The position numbers and the translations under genes were made by a program. Below the pieces are notes generated by a model. It saw nothing but the letters and a program-made list of their open reading frames with translations, was not told the DNA's origin and searched no databases. Of a stretch of 64,000 nt of DNA, positions 22,166 through 34,870 are shown piece after piece. Source of the stretch: Negaprion brevirostris (taxonomy: Eukaryota); NCBI GenBank assembly GCA_030324005.1, contig JARDVH010000106.1, positions 52,009,185 to 52,073,184 on the forward strand. The letters run 5' to 3'. Every line of letters begins with the position of its first letter. The first letter of the stretch is position 1.

Positions 22166-24849
22166 TAAACTATTGTTCACCTATGGCATTACTCAAGGGT
22201 GAAAGCAAAATTGTCCCTTTCTGGAAGTTTCTATTTCCTACTCTATAATTCATTCCACGCACTCAGGTTTCTGGTTGTCTTTTATTTCTATGCATGTCTT
22301 CCAAGTCTATCGTCCGCTCTTTCAATCTACTTTTCTCTATGTCTTCTAAGTCGACTACATGTTGCATCTCTTCTCTGCGATATAGATTTCCCAGTCACCT
22401 GCTATGCCTTTGAGCAAGATTCATCTCTCAGCTTTCTTATCCAAAGTATGCAGCATGATAGTAATTAACATGTATTTGGTTGCAGTCAGTACGAAAGTCA
22501 GGCGGGACGCTGTTGAATGACAGGAAAATTATGGGCACTGCAGACTGAGAATGCTCACTGTAGACAGTGTTTGGGGGAGTAGATGGATGGGGATCCACTT
22601 GGAATGTGGGAAGGCAGGAGGAGCTTTGGGGTGGGACCCATTGATCTGGAAGATTACATGGCAGAGATATAAGGAATATGTCTGCTCAGGATGGTCTGTG
22701 AGCATCTTCAGGGTTGGAGATCTTAGGAGGCTTCTGCCCAGGTATATCTAAATCCGAGTCCTACTCAGTGCTTCAAAACTCTTCCTTGGACCAAGTCCTG
22801 ATTATGAGTTGCCATATGATCTTGTAAGCAAATTAGACTGACAGCAAATCTTCAAAAAGCCTACCAGCTATTGTTAATAAGGTATGGTAGAAATTTACAG
22901 TATTATTGTAATATAATACTTGCTGTCCTTCAACAAGCAGCATATTTGATCAATGTGTCAGAATGTGGTTGGGCAGCAGAATAAAAAACAAACTAAAGTG
23001 TGGCCAAGTGCATCACAAAAGGCAAGTTTTAATCTTTTCCCCAACCATCCATCACTATCTGACCTTGCAGACTATTGGCTGCTGTTTGCAGACCCACAAC
23101 TGTGTTCCTATTGTGTTACCCAATTCCCAGGAGGTCATTGTGCACCAGAGGTTCACCCAGGGCTCCATTAACATTCCCAGGACATAAAATACAGGCATTA
23201 CTGACCCTGGCCAGACACATCACTCTATGGGACCAGGACAGTTGGCCCTAATAATTTCACTCATTTCAATGTGAAAGTTTTTAAAAAAATTTCATTCATT
23301 TTTGTGTATAAGAGCTGTGGGTTTATCCTTTTGAAAGAGAATTACCATCAAGGATTGGGGGTGGGAGCAGGTAGATGTTGATGCATCAGGACAAGCAGGA
23401 GTTGGGGTTAAGCAGAAGGACAGTTGGGTCAGGATTTTGGATCAAGCTTCACTGGGCAATTACAATCAAATGTGGAGTATTTCACATTGAACAGTAAAAG
23501 AAATGCCAGTTTAACAACCCCCTCACAAAAAGTTCCTGAGAATAAAAACAGGGTTGTCAGTTCTTCCTGATTAGCGTAAACAGCTCGAAAACAACCAATG
23601 AATTTAGATTGCAGAACATTTCTGTAGAAAACACAATCACGCTTTCAAGATGTATTTTGTTCTTGTTTGCTGCTATTAAGGTACGAATTAAAATGCTAGG
23701 GTGAACTGCATTTATATGGTCTTCAAAATTCTAGTAAATTCTCAGCATGTGTAAAATACTTGAAAATCTAGAAAATTTATATATGCCATTGATAATAACG
23801 GTCTGGCTGGAAACCAACAAAGATTTGTCAGGAAAAAAAACTAAGCAAATCCAAATGGTTTTGTCTAATTCACCTGTGTCGAAACTGAATGTGGCTTCAA
23901 AAGAGGTATTTCAAATTTTTATTGTTCTCTCTTGAGATTATGGCAGTGCTGCAATCACACAGCTGCGATAATTTTGTCAGTTCAAAATGAATGCATGGGC
24001 GTGTGCAGGAAATCTGAAGGTCCTGCCGATTGTGTGGTCTAACAGTGTCTAAACAGATAGCCCTGGGCAACCTTTAGGAAAACAGACACAAAGCGAAAGA
24101 GTCTGTCAGTGAAGCCTTCAGACCCACCAAGGAGAGAATTTGGAATGTCAATGCCATGAGGTTGTTTGAAATGACTACTATTAAATCAGAATCAGTCTAT
24201 TATTGAATATTGCTGAGAAAGCAGACATGTAGCTGACGCTTTTCGTCTTGCTGTCATTAGGATAAACTCAAGAATGCCAAATTTCAAACAATCACAGCAA
24301 TTCATACAACAGGATAAAAGGCTGCCGATTGTTGGCGAACTGTCTCTGATTGGCTGAGGAGCTTTCATGATGAAAACAACTGGGGAGGCGGGGGGCATAT
24401 CCTTTGAATTCTCAAGAAACCAAGTGTAGGGTATCGCTCAAATATCAATTCACAATTTATAGAAAGCACTCTTTGTAATGATTTATTTGACCACAGACCT
24501 AGACGTCTTAACATTTTTAAGCATATGGTGCCATTAATTATTCCTAGGAAATGGGCCTCATTAATGCTTTTTTCATTTTGAATCACATTAGATGAGATTA
24601 CTCATGTAAAGATGTACAGATAATGCGAGAAAAACAGATGGTAATCAACTGAGAAAGTGGGCACAAAACCTAATGAATGCCTTGAAGGCTCATTAATATC
24701 AATCTTGTATCTTATTGGCAATCACAATCAATTATTTGTAAAATGTGTGCAATTTGCTTCTTATCAGTTTTCAGACAACCAACCAACAGAATNNNNNNNN
24801 NNGAATTATACATTTTGGAGGAAGGACTTGCAGGATAATGACAACAACA

Positions 24850-25270
24850 GCTGCAAAACAACTGCATTTATATAGCACTCTTAGCATAGTACACATCCTA
24901 AGGTGCTTTACAAAATTGATACTGAATCCAATCAAAGACATTTTAGGATAGATGACCAAAGGTCGCTCAAGGAGGTAGATTTTAAGGAGCATCTTAAACA
25001 AAAAAAGTTCAAGAGGCAGAAAGTTTTAAAGGGAAGAATTCCTTGGGGCTAAAAACATAGCAGCTAATGAATGCTCCAGAGGCCATAGTTAGAGCAATCC
25101 AGGGTTGTAAGTTTAAAGGAGATTACAAAGAGGGTGGAGCAAAGGCAGTGAGGGATCTGAAAACAAGGATGGAAATTTTAAAATCAAGGCATGACTTAGC
25201 CCAGAGCCAGTGAAGGGTTCGCAAGGACTGGATGACTGCTGAATAGGGTTTGGTGCAAGTTCGAAAATGA
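24850..25270 (-). mobile_element. L2-like LINE 3' end (old)
   Basis: Typical antisense L2 end 'gcatttatatagcact...aggtgctttaca' followed by 'ttttaaggagcatcttaaa...gaattcc'. Confidence 0.6.
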
Positions 25271-26334
25271 CATAACCAGTCAGTGAGTCCCAATCCAGAA
25301 GGATTTATTTTGTAAATATCATAAGAATTGAACTGTCATTACCAAGTGTTATCAAGAACCCAAACATTTAACAACTTGCGCATTAGAATTACACACAAAT
25401 GTGTAATTCATAGACAGATTTTCTTCGCTTTCTGTGCAGATTTCTTCAGCCCATTTCAAGTAGCCAAGACAACCTGACTCAAAAATCTCCACCCATGTAA
25501 TAAAAATGATGTTTTTTACAAAAAACAACAATTTGCATGCCTCCATTGCTTTACTCATGAGACTGAGGAGTCTTTTGAACAAAGCATACTCTACCTGGAT
25601 TTTCTTCATCTTAGAAGAACTCGATAGCTATTTCTTAGTAAGTCATCGGCTAAAATCAAGGTTTCTCCTTAATTGGCAATGTAACCAGATCCAAATTCAG
25701 TTGCCTTCATTAAGAGAAAGAATTTGACATTCTAGCATTTCCCAGTTCCATTCCCCCTCACTCTCCCAAACTTGCGCCACCTCGTTTTATTTTAATGTAA
25801 AGGTTGATATGGTCCATCTACTTTGTACTTAGCTTAAAAAAAAACACCCCTTGCAAAAAAAAACAGAATATTGTTGCTGTGCTAACTACTGAAAACTTGG
25901 GCACTGAATTGTTTTTTCAATGATTTTACATAGACAAGATAAATGAGATTTTGAAATAATTGAAACTAGGTGGAAGCTGTCTTTCCTCACTAAAAGTCAG
26001 TCTGCAAGGAAAGAGGCAGCATTTTTTATATGCAGATGCATTAGATATGGGAGTTTTAATCTAAATACCAATCCAATTATTTAACTTTATCACCATCTCA
26101 AAAAATTCAACCAAGTTCATCAGACATGACCTACCCATAAATCCATTCTAACTTTCCTTGATTAATATATGTCTTTCTAAATTAAGATTTATGCTGTCCC
26201 TCAGAATTGATTTCAATAATTTGTTCATCACCAAAGTTAACTGACCTAAAAGATTATCAGATTATCTCTTCCTCATGTGTCTAACAGGCCAATGTGATGC
26301 ATCTGGTGTGTGGGTGAAGCGAGTCAGCATGTAT

Positions 26335-26437
26335 TCCGCTCTGAAGAAGAGTCATATTGACTCAAAAGGTTAACTTTGTTTCTCTCTCCACATATAGTGT
26401 GCGATCAGCTGAGTTTTGCCAGCATTTCTGTTTTTAT
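26335..26437 (+). mobile_element. Penelope-like terminal fragment
   Basis: 'ctctgaagaagagtcatattgactc...tttctctctccaca...cagcatttctgtttttatt', homologous to 20180-20260 and 22040-22120. Confidence 0.7.
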
Positions 26438-27039
26438 TCTGCGGTTGTGTGCCAGTTTGTAACCCATTTTCAGTCCATCCTGCAGGTGACTGTCAGTACA
26501 TAGCTTCTCCATTTACACGTCCTTCGCAGTGCCTCCTCTTGATGACACAAAAATTTGGTGCATTATGACCCCAGGCAAGGTCTGACCCTCAGACATGCAA
26601 TTTGCAGGCCTAATGGATTGTGAATGCCCTGGAATTTGTGAACTAAACTCCAGGAAAATAGCTCCACTGCCTTGGTAGAGTTGAAGAGAGTAAACCCGAA
26701 CAAAAAATCTGAAGTGGAACTCAAAGATCAACTGCTGTGTAAATATATTATCGTTCTGGCAACACCTGCAACCTCATGAGTACCTATACTTCAAAACCGT
26801 GCTATGCTACAGAGGCAAAAGGCCGGTACTATAAGCAGTTTGGCTCTGCTATCAGCAGAATTCCCAACTCACAACATCTTTAACTTCTGGGGCATTCCAA
26901 TATGAGTGGGTATAGAGCATGAGGCATGGCCCTCCTGCCTCAGTCATCATGGCTTGGGCAAGAAATATGACAGAGGTTGCTTAAGTACTTAATTGCTATC
27001 ACAAATTTTGTGTAACTGTCGCCTATGTCAGAACAAACC

Positions 27040-28560
27040 ATGCCACAAGATGCCTGAGAGACATTCAAACTCAGGGTACTGGCATCAGTTGGATCTGACC
27101 ATCTTAGACGTGACTCTGAGCAGCATTCTCAATACACAGCTACCACAATCCTGATTGTGATATGGAACACTCCAGGATATGCACCAGGATTCAAATTCAA
27201 AGCTGAAATGCCTTCATTAAGAACCAAGTTCTTTGACTCAGTTGAACTGGCACACTTCAGTACTCCCACTAAACGAAATGAAACATTTTTTGATACACTA
27301 TCTAGAATACCACACTCAACGTATGGGCAGCAAGACTGAAAAAGTACTGACTAGTTTGAAGCTAACTTTACTGAGGTAGAAACTGCCATTTCATCCAAGC
27401 AATCTGTTCTCATGAATTGCAGGGGGTTCTGCGCAAGAACCCTAAGTGCACGAAGAGGTTCTCTAAGTAAAGTTCAATGGATTGCTAAGCAGTACATAAG
27501 AACATAAGAAATAGGAGCAGGAGTAGGCCATCCAGCCCTTCGAGCCTGCCCCGCCATTCAATAAGATNNNNNNNNNNNNNNNNNNNNNNNNNNNNNNNNN
27601 NNNNNNNNNNNNNNNNNNNNNNNNNNNNNNNNNNNNNNNNNNNNNNNNNNNNNNNNNNNNNNNNNNNCCGCCATTTCTTTCAGAACCCTCGGATGCATTC
27701 CATCCGGTCCTGGGGACTTGTCCACAATCAGTCCCTACAGTCTGCTGAGCACCGCCTCTCTAGTAACAATAATGTCATCGAGACCTTCCAGTCCTGCCAC
27801 CTTCCAATGGCTACTGGTTACAACTTTGCCAGAATGCTCACATGTGCTTTGATACAGGGAATAGTAGAGGCTGTATAAAGAGGCCAAAAAGGCAACAGAT
27901 CCAAAAACACTGATGGATAGAATGCTACTGTGACTTGTACTCCAGGGAGAACACTGTCACCGTGGAAGTACAATATATACCGGAAATTCTGCCTCTTATC
28001 GCAGGGCTGAGTACTAAGCCCAAACTGGAGGAGCCCAGCAAAGCTACTGATATGCATGGGCAAAATGCCAGGTGCCGATACTATATAACATAATCGCATC
28101 AAGCATGGGAAACCTGCACTCCAGTAGATTTTCACAAACTTCTCTACCTCTGCTGGAGGGAGGGACCAGTGCCCTAGGACGTGTGTAATGCTAAGAGTAT
28201 GATTCTGTACAAGAAGGGCTGTTGCAGTGACTGCAACTACTGTCGAAGACTCTCTCTATTGACTGTCGAGGGAAAAATATTTGCCAGCGTTCTTCTTGGA
28301 CTGTCCTGTCTGAATGCATCCATCCGAAATCCCAGTGTGGTTTCAGAACTGAAAGTCAACATGATCTTCTTAGTCCAACAGCTGCAAAAGAAATGCCATT
28401 AACAAAGGAGACAACATATAGCCTATATTAATCTCACCAACGCAATCAGCCATGCGAGCAGAAGCAATATATTTAAGCTGCTGGAGAAAATTGGCTGCCC
28501 ACTGAAGCTGTTCAATGTGACAACCTCTTTCCATGATAACATGCCGGATAGGGTGAGTCA
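27040..28560 (+). mobile_element. RTE-clade LINE fragment (decayed)
   Basis: GKMPGAD; CWREGPVP*DVCNAKSMILYKKGCCSDCNYCRRLSLLTVEGKIFASV; MIFLVQQLQKKC; KLLEKIGCP. These match RTE RT motifs. Confidence 0.8.
27494..27724 (-). mobile_element. Young CR1 LINE inserted in the RTE (gap-spanning)
   Basis: Young tail before the gap; DKSPGPDGMHPRVLKEMA with intact CpGs after it. Confidence 0.85.
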
Positions 28561-28625
28561 TAACAGGACAAGAGTGGGAACGGTAAGACTTAGTAGAACA
28601 ACAGCAATACAACTGAGAATACAGG

Positions 28626-28853
28626 TGTAATAGCTGGTCCCTTTAAGCGGCATACTTTAGGAGGGACATGTGGTCCAACTGCCCAATGAGGAATGAGCAT
28701 AGGGATCTTGGTGCAGAGCGCAGGATTTTGCAGCAGAGTAAATCCCAGAGCTAGAAGTGTTAACATAGTGAAAGTACATTTATCTGCTTAGAAATAAACC
28801 ATTACAGTTCATTATATTCTAATTGGTGGTCACCAATCCTTCCACTTACTACA
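28626..28853 (+). mobile_element. Candidate solo LTR
   Basis: TG...CA ends with a short inverted repeat (tgtaata / tactaca), AATAAA at 28793-28798, and flanks acagg / gcagg (near-TSD). Confidence 0.55.
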
Positions 28854-28864
28854 GCAGGGTTGAG

Positions 28865-29430
28865 ATCTGCCTCTCACATCTCCCTTAAACTTTCTCCCTT
28901 TGACATTAAACATATATATCTTAGTAACTGACATTTCTACTCTGGGAAAAAGATCCCAATGATCTATGCCTCTCACCATTTTGTAAACTTCTATCAGGTC
29001 ACCCCTCAGCTTCTGACATTCAAGTGAAAACAAACCAAGTTCGTCCAATCTCTCCTCATAGCTAATATCCTCCAAAGCAGGCAACTCCCTAGCAAATCTT
29101 TTCTTACCTTCTACAAAGCCTCCATATCCTTTTAGTAGTGTGGCGACCAGAACTGCAAACAATATTCCAAATGTGGCCTAACCAAAGTTATACACAGCTG
29201 CAATATGACTTGCCAATATTTATACTCTATGCCCTGATCAATGAAAATAAACATGCCATACATCTTCTTGACAACCTTAGCCATTTGTGCTGCCACTTTC
29301 AGGGAACTGTAGACCTGCACGCCTAGATCCCTCTGCATGCTAATGCTTCTATGGGTTCTGCCATTTACTGCATATTTTCATCCAGCATTAGACCTTCCAA
29401 AGTACGTTACCTCACATTTGTCCAGATTAA
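28865..29430 (-). mobile_element. CR1 LINE RT C-terminal fragment
   Basis: QRDLGVQVYSSLKVAAQMAKVVKK..LVRPHLEYCLQFWSPHY; RLDELGLFSLE..LRGDLIEVYK. Confidence 0.9.
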
Positions 29431-31574
29431 AATTGGTTGGATATGTAGATTTTCAGGCAGAAAGCAAGGTAGAGAAATGGAGAGATATATGGAGGGGATT
29501 CCAGAGCTTAGTCAACAATGATGGAGCAATTAAAATCCAGAAAGCTAATTTGTCCAGAATTAGATGAGCAGATATCTCAGCGAGTAGTACGGCTGAAGGA
29601 GAATACAGAGAGAGGGAGAGGTGAGGCTAAGGGGTGAACTGGAAAGCAGTGACGATAGCTCATCATTCAATTCATCATTTGGCTGATGTTTGGTAAGGAC
29701 TATCCAGTGGGTTTCATTCCTTGATCCTTCCCCATAGCGCTGCAAGTAATATTTTAAACTCACAATGTGAGTTCATTTCAAAGTACTTATGTCATTAATA
29801 ACATGCTGTTTATACCTCTTTTTGCATTATTGTCTGAAGGGAATTACTAACCAGCTAATAAGTTCATAGGTAAATGCAATCCTGAAAAGCAGAAGAATTC
29901 AGTAAAGAGTTAAATGGTTATTAGGCAAACACAAACAATTTACACATATGTGAATGCAGTAAGTGAATCAGACCAAGTAGTTGTGATTTTAAAACATATA
30001 TGCTGATATTTTAAATGTATTGTTCACTTGGTCAAAGTTACTGAAAGGCATGATAGTAAATGTCAATAGTTTAAAGCCAGAGGTCTGGGAACCAGTTAGT
30101 CAGCAGTGGTCTTATCAGGAGGATTCCTATGAGGGAACGTATTCTGCAACATTTATGAATAGATGCATTCACTGCCCAGACAGAAGGATGGATATGCCTC
30201 TGGATGTAGGAACACAAATCTATTCAACTTGGCTGGTGGGAATATCTATTTTGACCTTGCGATAACATCTGCCACCACCAGGCAACAGGGATGTAGTTAG
30301 AGCCAAGAAGAGAAACAACATCCGGACTAGTTGGGCAAATAAAATATCACCATGCTACTAGGTATCATATGGTTGGCCAAGGTACTTGATAGAGATTTAT
30401 ATTGATGTATGATTGTTAAATGAAATTGATTTTAAGCTAACGAAAGGCAGTATTATTGATTAGAAAAAACTACAATTGATCTGTATTTGACTATGTACTT
30501 CAGGTCTTTCGGAGTGGTTCTGCAGCTCTATTCCAGGAGCTGTTTAATCCTTGAGGTCTCCAGTCAGTTGTACGTTTGTTTTGTTTGTTTCATTTAAAAT
30601 ACATTTGTTACATCTTTGCACAGAGATATTTGCCAGAATTAGAACTATCTAAGACACAATTAGCCACCTTCAAATTTCTCCACAACGTTATTTTTATTTG
30701 CAAATAAATCCATTAGTTTTAGCCCAAATTCAACAGTTTAACAAAGTAGTATTCACCAGTTTCTGAAATGCGGTCAAGTTTAAGCCACCCATGAGGACAC
30801 AGATTTTGCTCATGGAATCTGCATTTGTATAATGGTGCATACAAATGTGGAGTGTTAGCAGGAAACTCAGGTTGTCACACCCCCTTGTTCCTTTCCAGTG
30901 ATCTCATCTCTTAATATGTTGACTGAATGACTCCCATTCCTTAACTTTTAATTTCTTTACCCTTCACAAGACAGGTAGATAATAGTACAGGTTAACAATC
31001 AGAAGTCTTTGGTTAAATGGGCAGTGCAAGAGCATCAAGGACAGCTGGTAAAAATATTTTGATGGTTGTTTGAAGAGAGTTTATATAAAAGCTTATTACA
31101 GTTAAAATTCGATCAGATTCAACTTTAATATCACAATTTTAAAAAATAGATTTTATCATAATTTAAAACAGTGAAATAAGTGCTCAAATGATGATGAAAT
31201 TGGTTTATATCACAATTCATTAACTTTACTGAATAACTGTTTAACTTTATGTGGCCTTTCAGATGGCTATTATGAATAATTTTCTTATAACATTAGTCCT
31301 GATAAAGAATTTGGTTTATGCTCAGAATACGGATTACCTTGTCAGCATCATGTAATATGTGGTGCTGGACACACCAGGCTCAGTTATCCCATTAGTTGGA
31401 CGCTCGATGTTACCCACTTTGTGCTACTCTTCATTCATGCCCTTTCCAGCTTTTATATTTTACACAGTTCAATTCCAATCACATCTCCCAAGGAAAACTA
31501 TTGCATATAATTCCTTTTGCTGACTCTAACCATTTAAACCACCTTACTTTATGCAAGGAAGGAATCCGGTGTTT

Positions 31575-32130
31575 TCATAGAATCACAGAAACCCTACAGT
31601 ACAGAAAGAGGCCATTTGGCCCATCGAGTCTGTACCGACCACAATCCTATCCAGGCCCTACCCCCTTATCCTTATATATTTTATCCACTCATCCCTCTAA
31701 CCTACACATGTCAGGACACTAAGGGACAATTTAGCATGACCAATCAAACTAACCCGCACATTTTTGGACTGTGGGAGGCAACCGAAGCACCTGGAGGAAA
31801 CCCACGCAGACAGGAGGAGAATGTGCAAACTCCACACAGACAGTGACCCAAGCTAGGAATCAAACTCAGGTCCCNNNNNNNNNNNNNNNNNNNNNNNNNN
31901 NNNNNNNNNNNNNNNNNNNNNNNNNNNNNNNNNNNNNNNNNNNNNNNNNNNNNNNNNNNNNNNNNNNNNNNNNNATTTTTGGACTGTGGGAGGCAACCGA
32001 AGCACCTGGAGGAAACCCACGCAGACATGAGGAGAATGTGCAAACTCCACACAGACGGTAACCCAAGCCTGGAATCGAACCCAGATCCCTGGAGCTGTGA
32101 AGCAGCAGTGGTAACCACTGCTACCACGCA
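31575..32130 (-). mobile_element. HE1-type V-SINE; core duplicated across an N-gap
   Basis: HE1 tail, core and head; 31760-31874 is nearly identical to 31975-32090. Confidence 0.85.
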
Positions 32131-33349
32131 CAAGTCCCAACAGAAAATCAGCCTGTTCTAGGGAAAATCAAATAGTGCCACCTTCTAAAAATGAGCATGC
32201 ACACAGCACCTTGGTAAATATGCGACTCCTTCTCAAATTGTTTCCAACTATCTGCAATGTTTTCATCATAGACATAGTGGGTTGATGCAGCAAAGTCATT
32301 GTGCCAGACTGCCAACTTCTGACACCATGTAAATGTTCTGGGTTCACGAATCACTGACAAGGACTTTCAACAAAGAGTGCTTTTTTCACTAGCTTAACAG
32401 CTACTTCAACACTTGTGCTCTGCCCGCGTTCATGGAGATAATTCCCATGCTTCCATCATGTGACCTCTTTTGTAGCTACGTAATCACATTGTCACTTAAC
32501 CAGTCTACAAGAGGAATGTTTGAACAAATTTCATGTAACATCCCATAATATCTAGCATTCCTTTGCCAAGATGACTTGCGGTATACAGTAAGTGGTACTT
32601 AACTACTGGGGGGGGCAATACTACCATCATGCTATGTCTTTAACTGACCCATCGAGCACAGAGATATCTTCGCGCCTATTTTCCTAACAGCTGATCCCAG
32701 TCTCATTGTGTAATTGTCATTCTCTACTTCATTTTTAAAAAGTACTGACATTTTCTTTGGGAAATGTGTTATGTGATCAAATAGGTAGCCTTGGGGAATT
32801 AAATCATAACAAGATGATAAGGATCAGTAAGGCAACTATACTTCATTAAAGAAAACATTATTCCCTTTCAAACTACACAACCCTTTCCTTGCTATAAACT
32901 TCCCTGCTGAGACACTATAGAAAACTATTTCACACCACATTTAAGATTTTGGCATCATATTGGATGGTGATAATGAATTCAACACAAATTATAGTAACTT
33001 ACGGCCTTTGAAAAGTAAGCATTGAGACTTTTAATCCTGTTTAGGCTGAATTTCCCTACAAGGCTTCATTAATTAAAATGAGGTCTTTCCACATTGAAAT
33101 TACTACTGTAATTAGCCATTTGTATATGGTTTCATAAATCACAACAGACCACTTACAAAGTGCTTGTTTTTCAAATGATTAATAAAACTTGAAGAAAGCT
33201 GCTGACAACAAGCAAATCAAGGCTGCATATAATGACATCACTATTCCAAGCCAAAATAAAGATAATTGAGGGATTCCCTCTTCTGTCATGCCTGGCATAA
33301 ACATATCTTGAAGAAAGGCTAAGCAAGGAGGAGTAAAGAATCACTTATC

Positions 33350-34870
33350 ACGATGTCCACAAGATCACCAGCCCCAATAGCCTCGGTATTCAAGGTCACC
33401 AGTGTAGACGTCAGATCAGCCTTCTTGGAAGTCAACCCAAGAAAATGTAATAAGCCTGAAAGGGATCCCCCGACAAGCACTTAGATCCTGCATTGACCAA
33501 CTAGCAGGGGTATTATTTGCAGACGTCTTTAACCTCTCCTTACTCTGACCTGAGGTTCCTATCTGCTTCAAGAAGATGACCATCATTCCGGAACCAAAGA
33601 AAAGCCAGTGTGCCTTGATGACTACCACCCAATGACTCTGACATTGATCATTCTGAAGTGCTTCAAAAGATTAGGCATGGCACAAATCAACTCCGATCTC
33701 CCAGATTGCCTGGATCCATTACAGTTTGCCTATTGCTGCAATTGTTCCACAGCAGACGCCATCCCCCTGGCCCTACACTCAACCCTGGATCACCTGGATA
33801 ACAAAAACACATGCTAGACTCCTATTTATTGACTACAGCTCAGTCTTCAGCACCATTATTCCAACAAAATTCCTCACCAAACTCTGTGGCCTAGGGCTCT
33901 GCAATTCCTTCTGTGACTGGATCCTTAGCTTCCTAACCCATAGACCACAATCAGTAAAGTTAGGCATCAACACTTCCTCCGTGGTTATCCTCAACACCAG
34001 TGCCCCAAAAGGCTGTGTCCTCAGTCCCTTACTATACTCCTTATACACTTACGACTGCATGGCCAAATTTTGCTCCAACACCATCTTCAAGTTTGCTGAT
34101 GACACCAGTGTAGTGGGTTGGATCTCAAACAATGACAAGATGCAGTACACAAAAGACATTAAGAACGGAGTGAAATGGTGCGATTACATTAATCTCTCCC
34201 TCAATACCAGTAGAATGAAGGAGCTAGTCATTGACTTCAGAAAATGTAGTGGAGGACATGCCCCTGTCCACATCATTGGTGATGAAGTGGAGATGGTCAA
34301 GAGCTTCAATTTTCTCAGTGTTTAGATTCCCAACAATCTGTCCTGGTCCCTCCACACTGATGCTATAGTTAAGAAAGCCCACCAATGGTTCTATTTTCTC
34401 AAAGGCTAAGGAAATTCGGCATGTCCCCTACGACTTTCAGCAATTTTACAGATGGACCATAGAAAGCATCCATTCTGGATGTATCCTGCTCTAGATCAAG
34501 ACCACAAGAAACCACAAAAGGTTGTGAACAAAGCCCACTCCATCACCCAAACCAGCCTCCCATCCACTGACTCTGACTACACTTCCCACTGCCTTGGGAA
34601 AGCAGCCAGCATAGGCAAGGACCCCACACACTGCAGACATACTCTATTTCACCTTCTTCCATTGGGAAAAAGATACAAGAGTTTGTCATCAGTCTTTTGA
34701 ATGGCCCTATCATATACTTAGCTGAATCTTTCTCTTTACCCTACTTGTACTACAGCATTATATCCTGCACTCTATCCTTTCCTTCTTTCCTATGAGTGCT
34801 ATGTTTTGACTGTCAAGAAACAACACTTTTCATTGTCACATGCATTGGGATACAAAAAAATCAAATCAAA
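33350..34870 (+). mobile_element. Rex1/Babar-clade LINE (RT plus 3' end, frameshifted)
   Basis: [41 protein letters not shown]; RLLFIDYSSVFSTIIP; APKGCVLSPLLYSLYTYDC; KFADDT; KELVIDFRK; (aaatc)n tail. Confidence 0.9.

Noticed and set aside
30157-30225. Imperfect hairpin (gaatagat...atctattc) as a pre-miRNA
   Set aside because: Too many bulges, and no recognisable mature miRNA.
31757-32090. Duplicated HE1 core
   Set aside because: Same gap-flanking pattern; probably one element assembled twice.
33726-34325. Longest ORF (199 aa) as a host gene
   Set aside because: It is a frameshifted Rex/Babar reverse transcriptase fragment.
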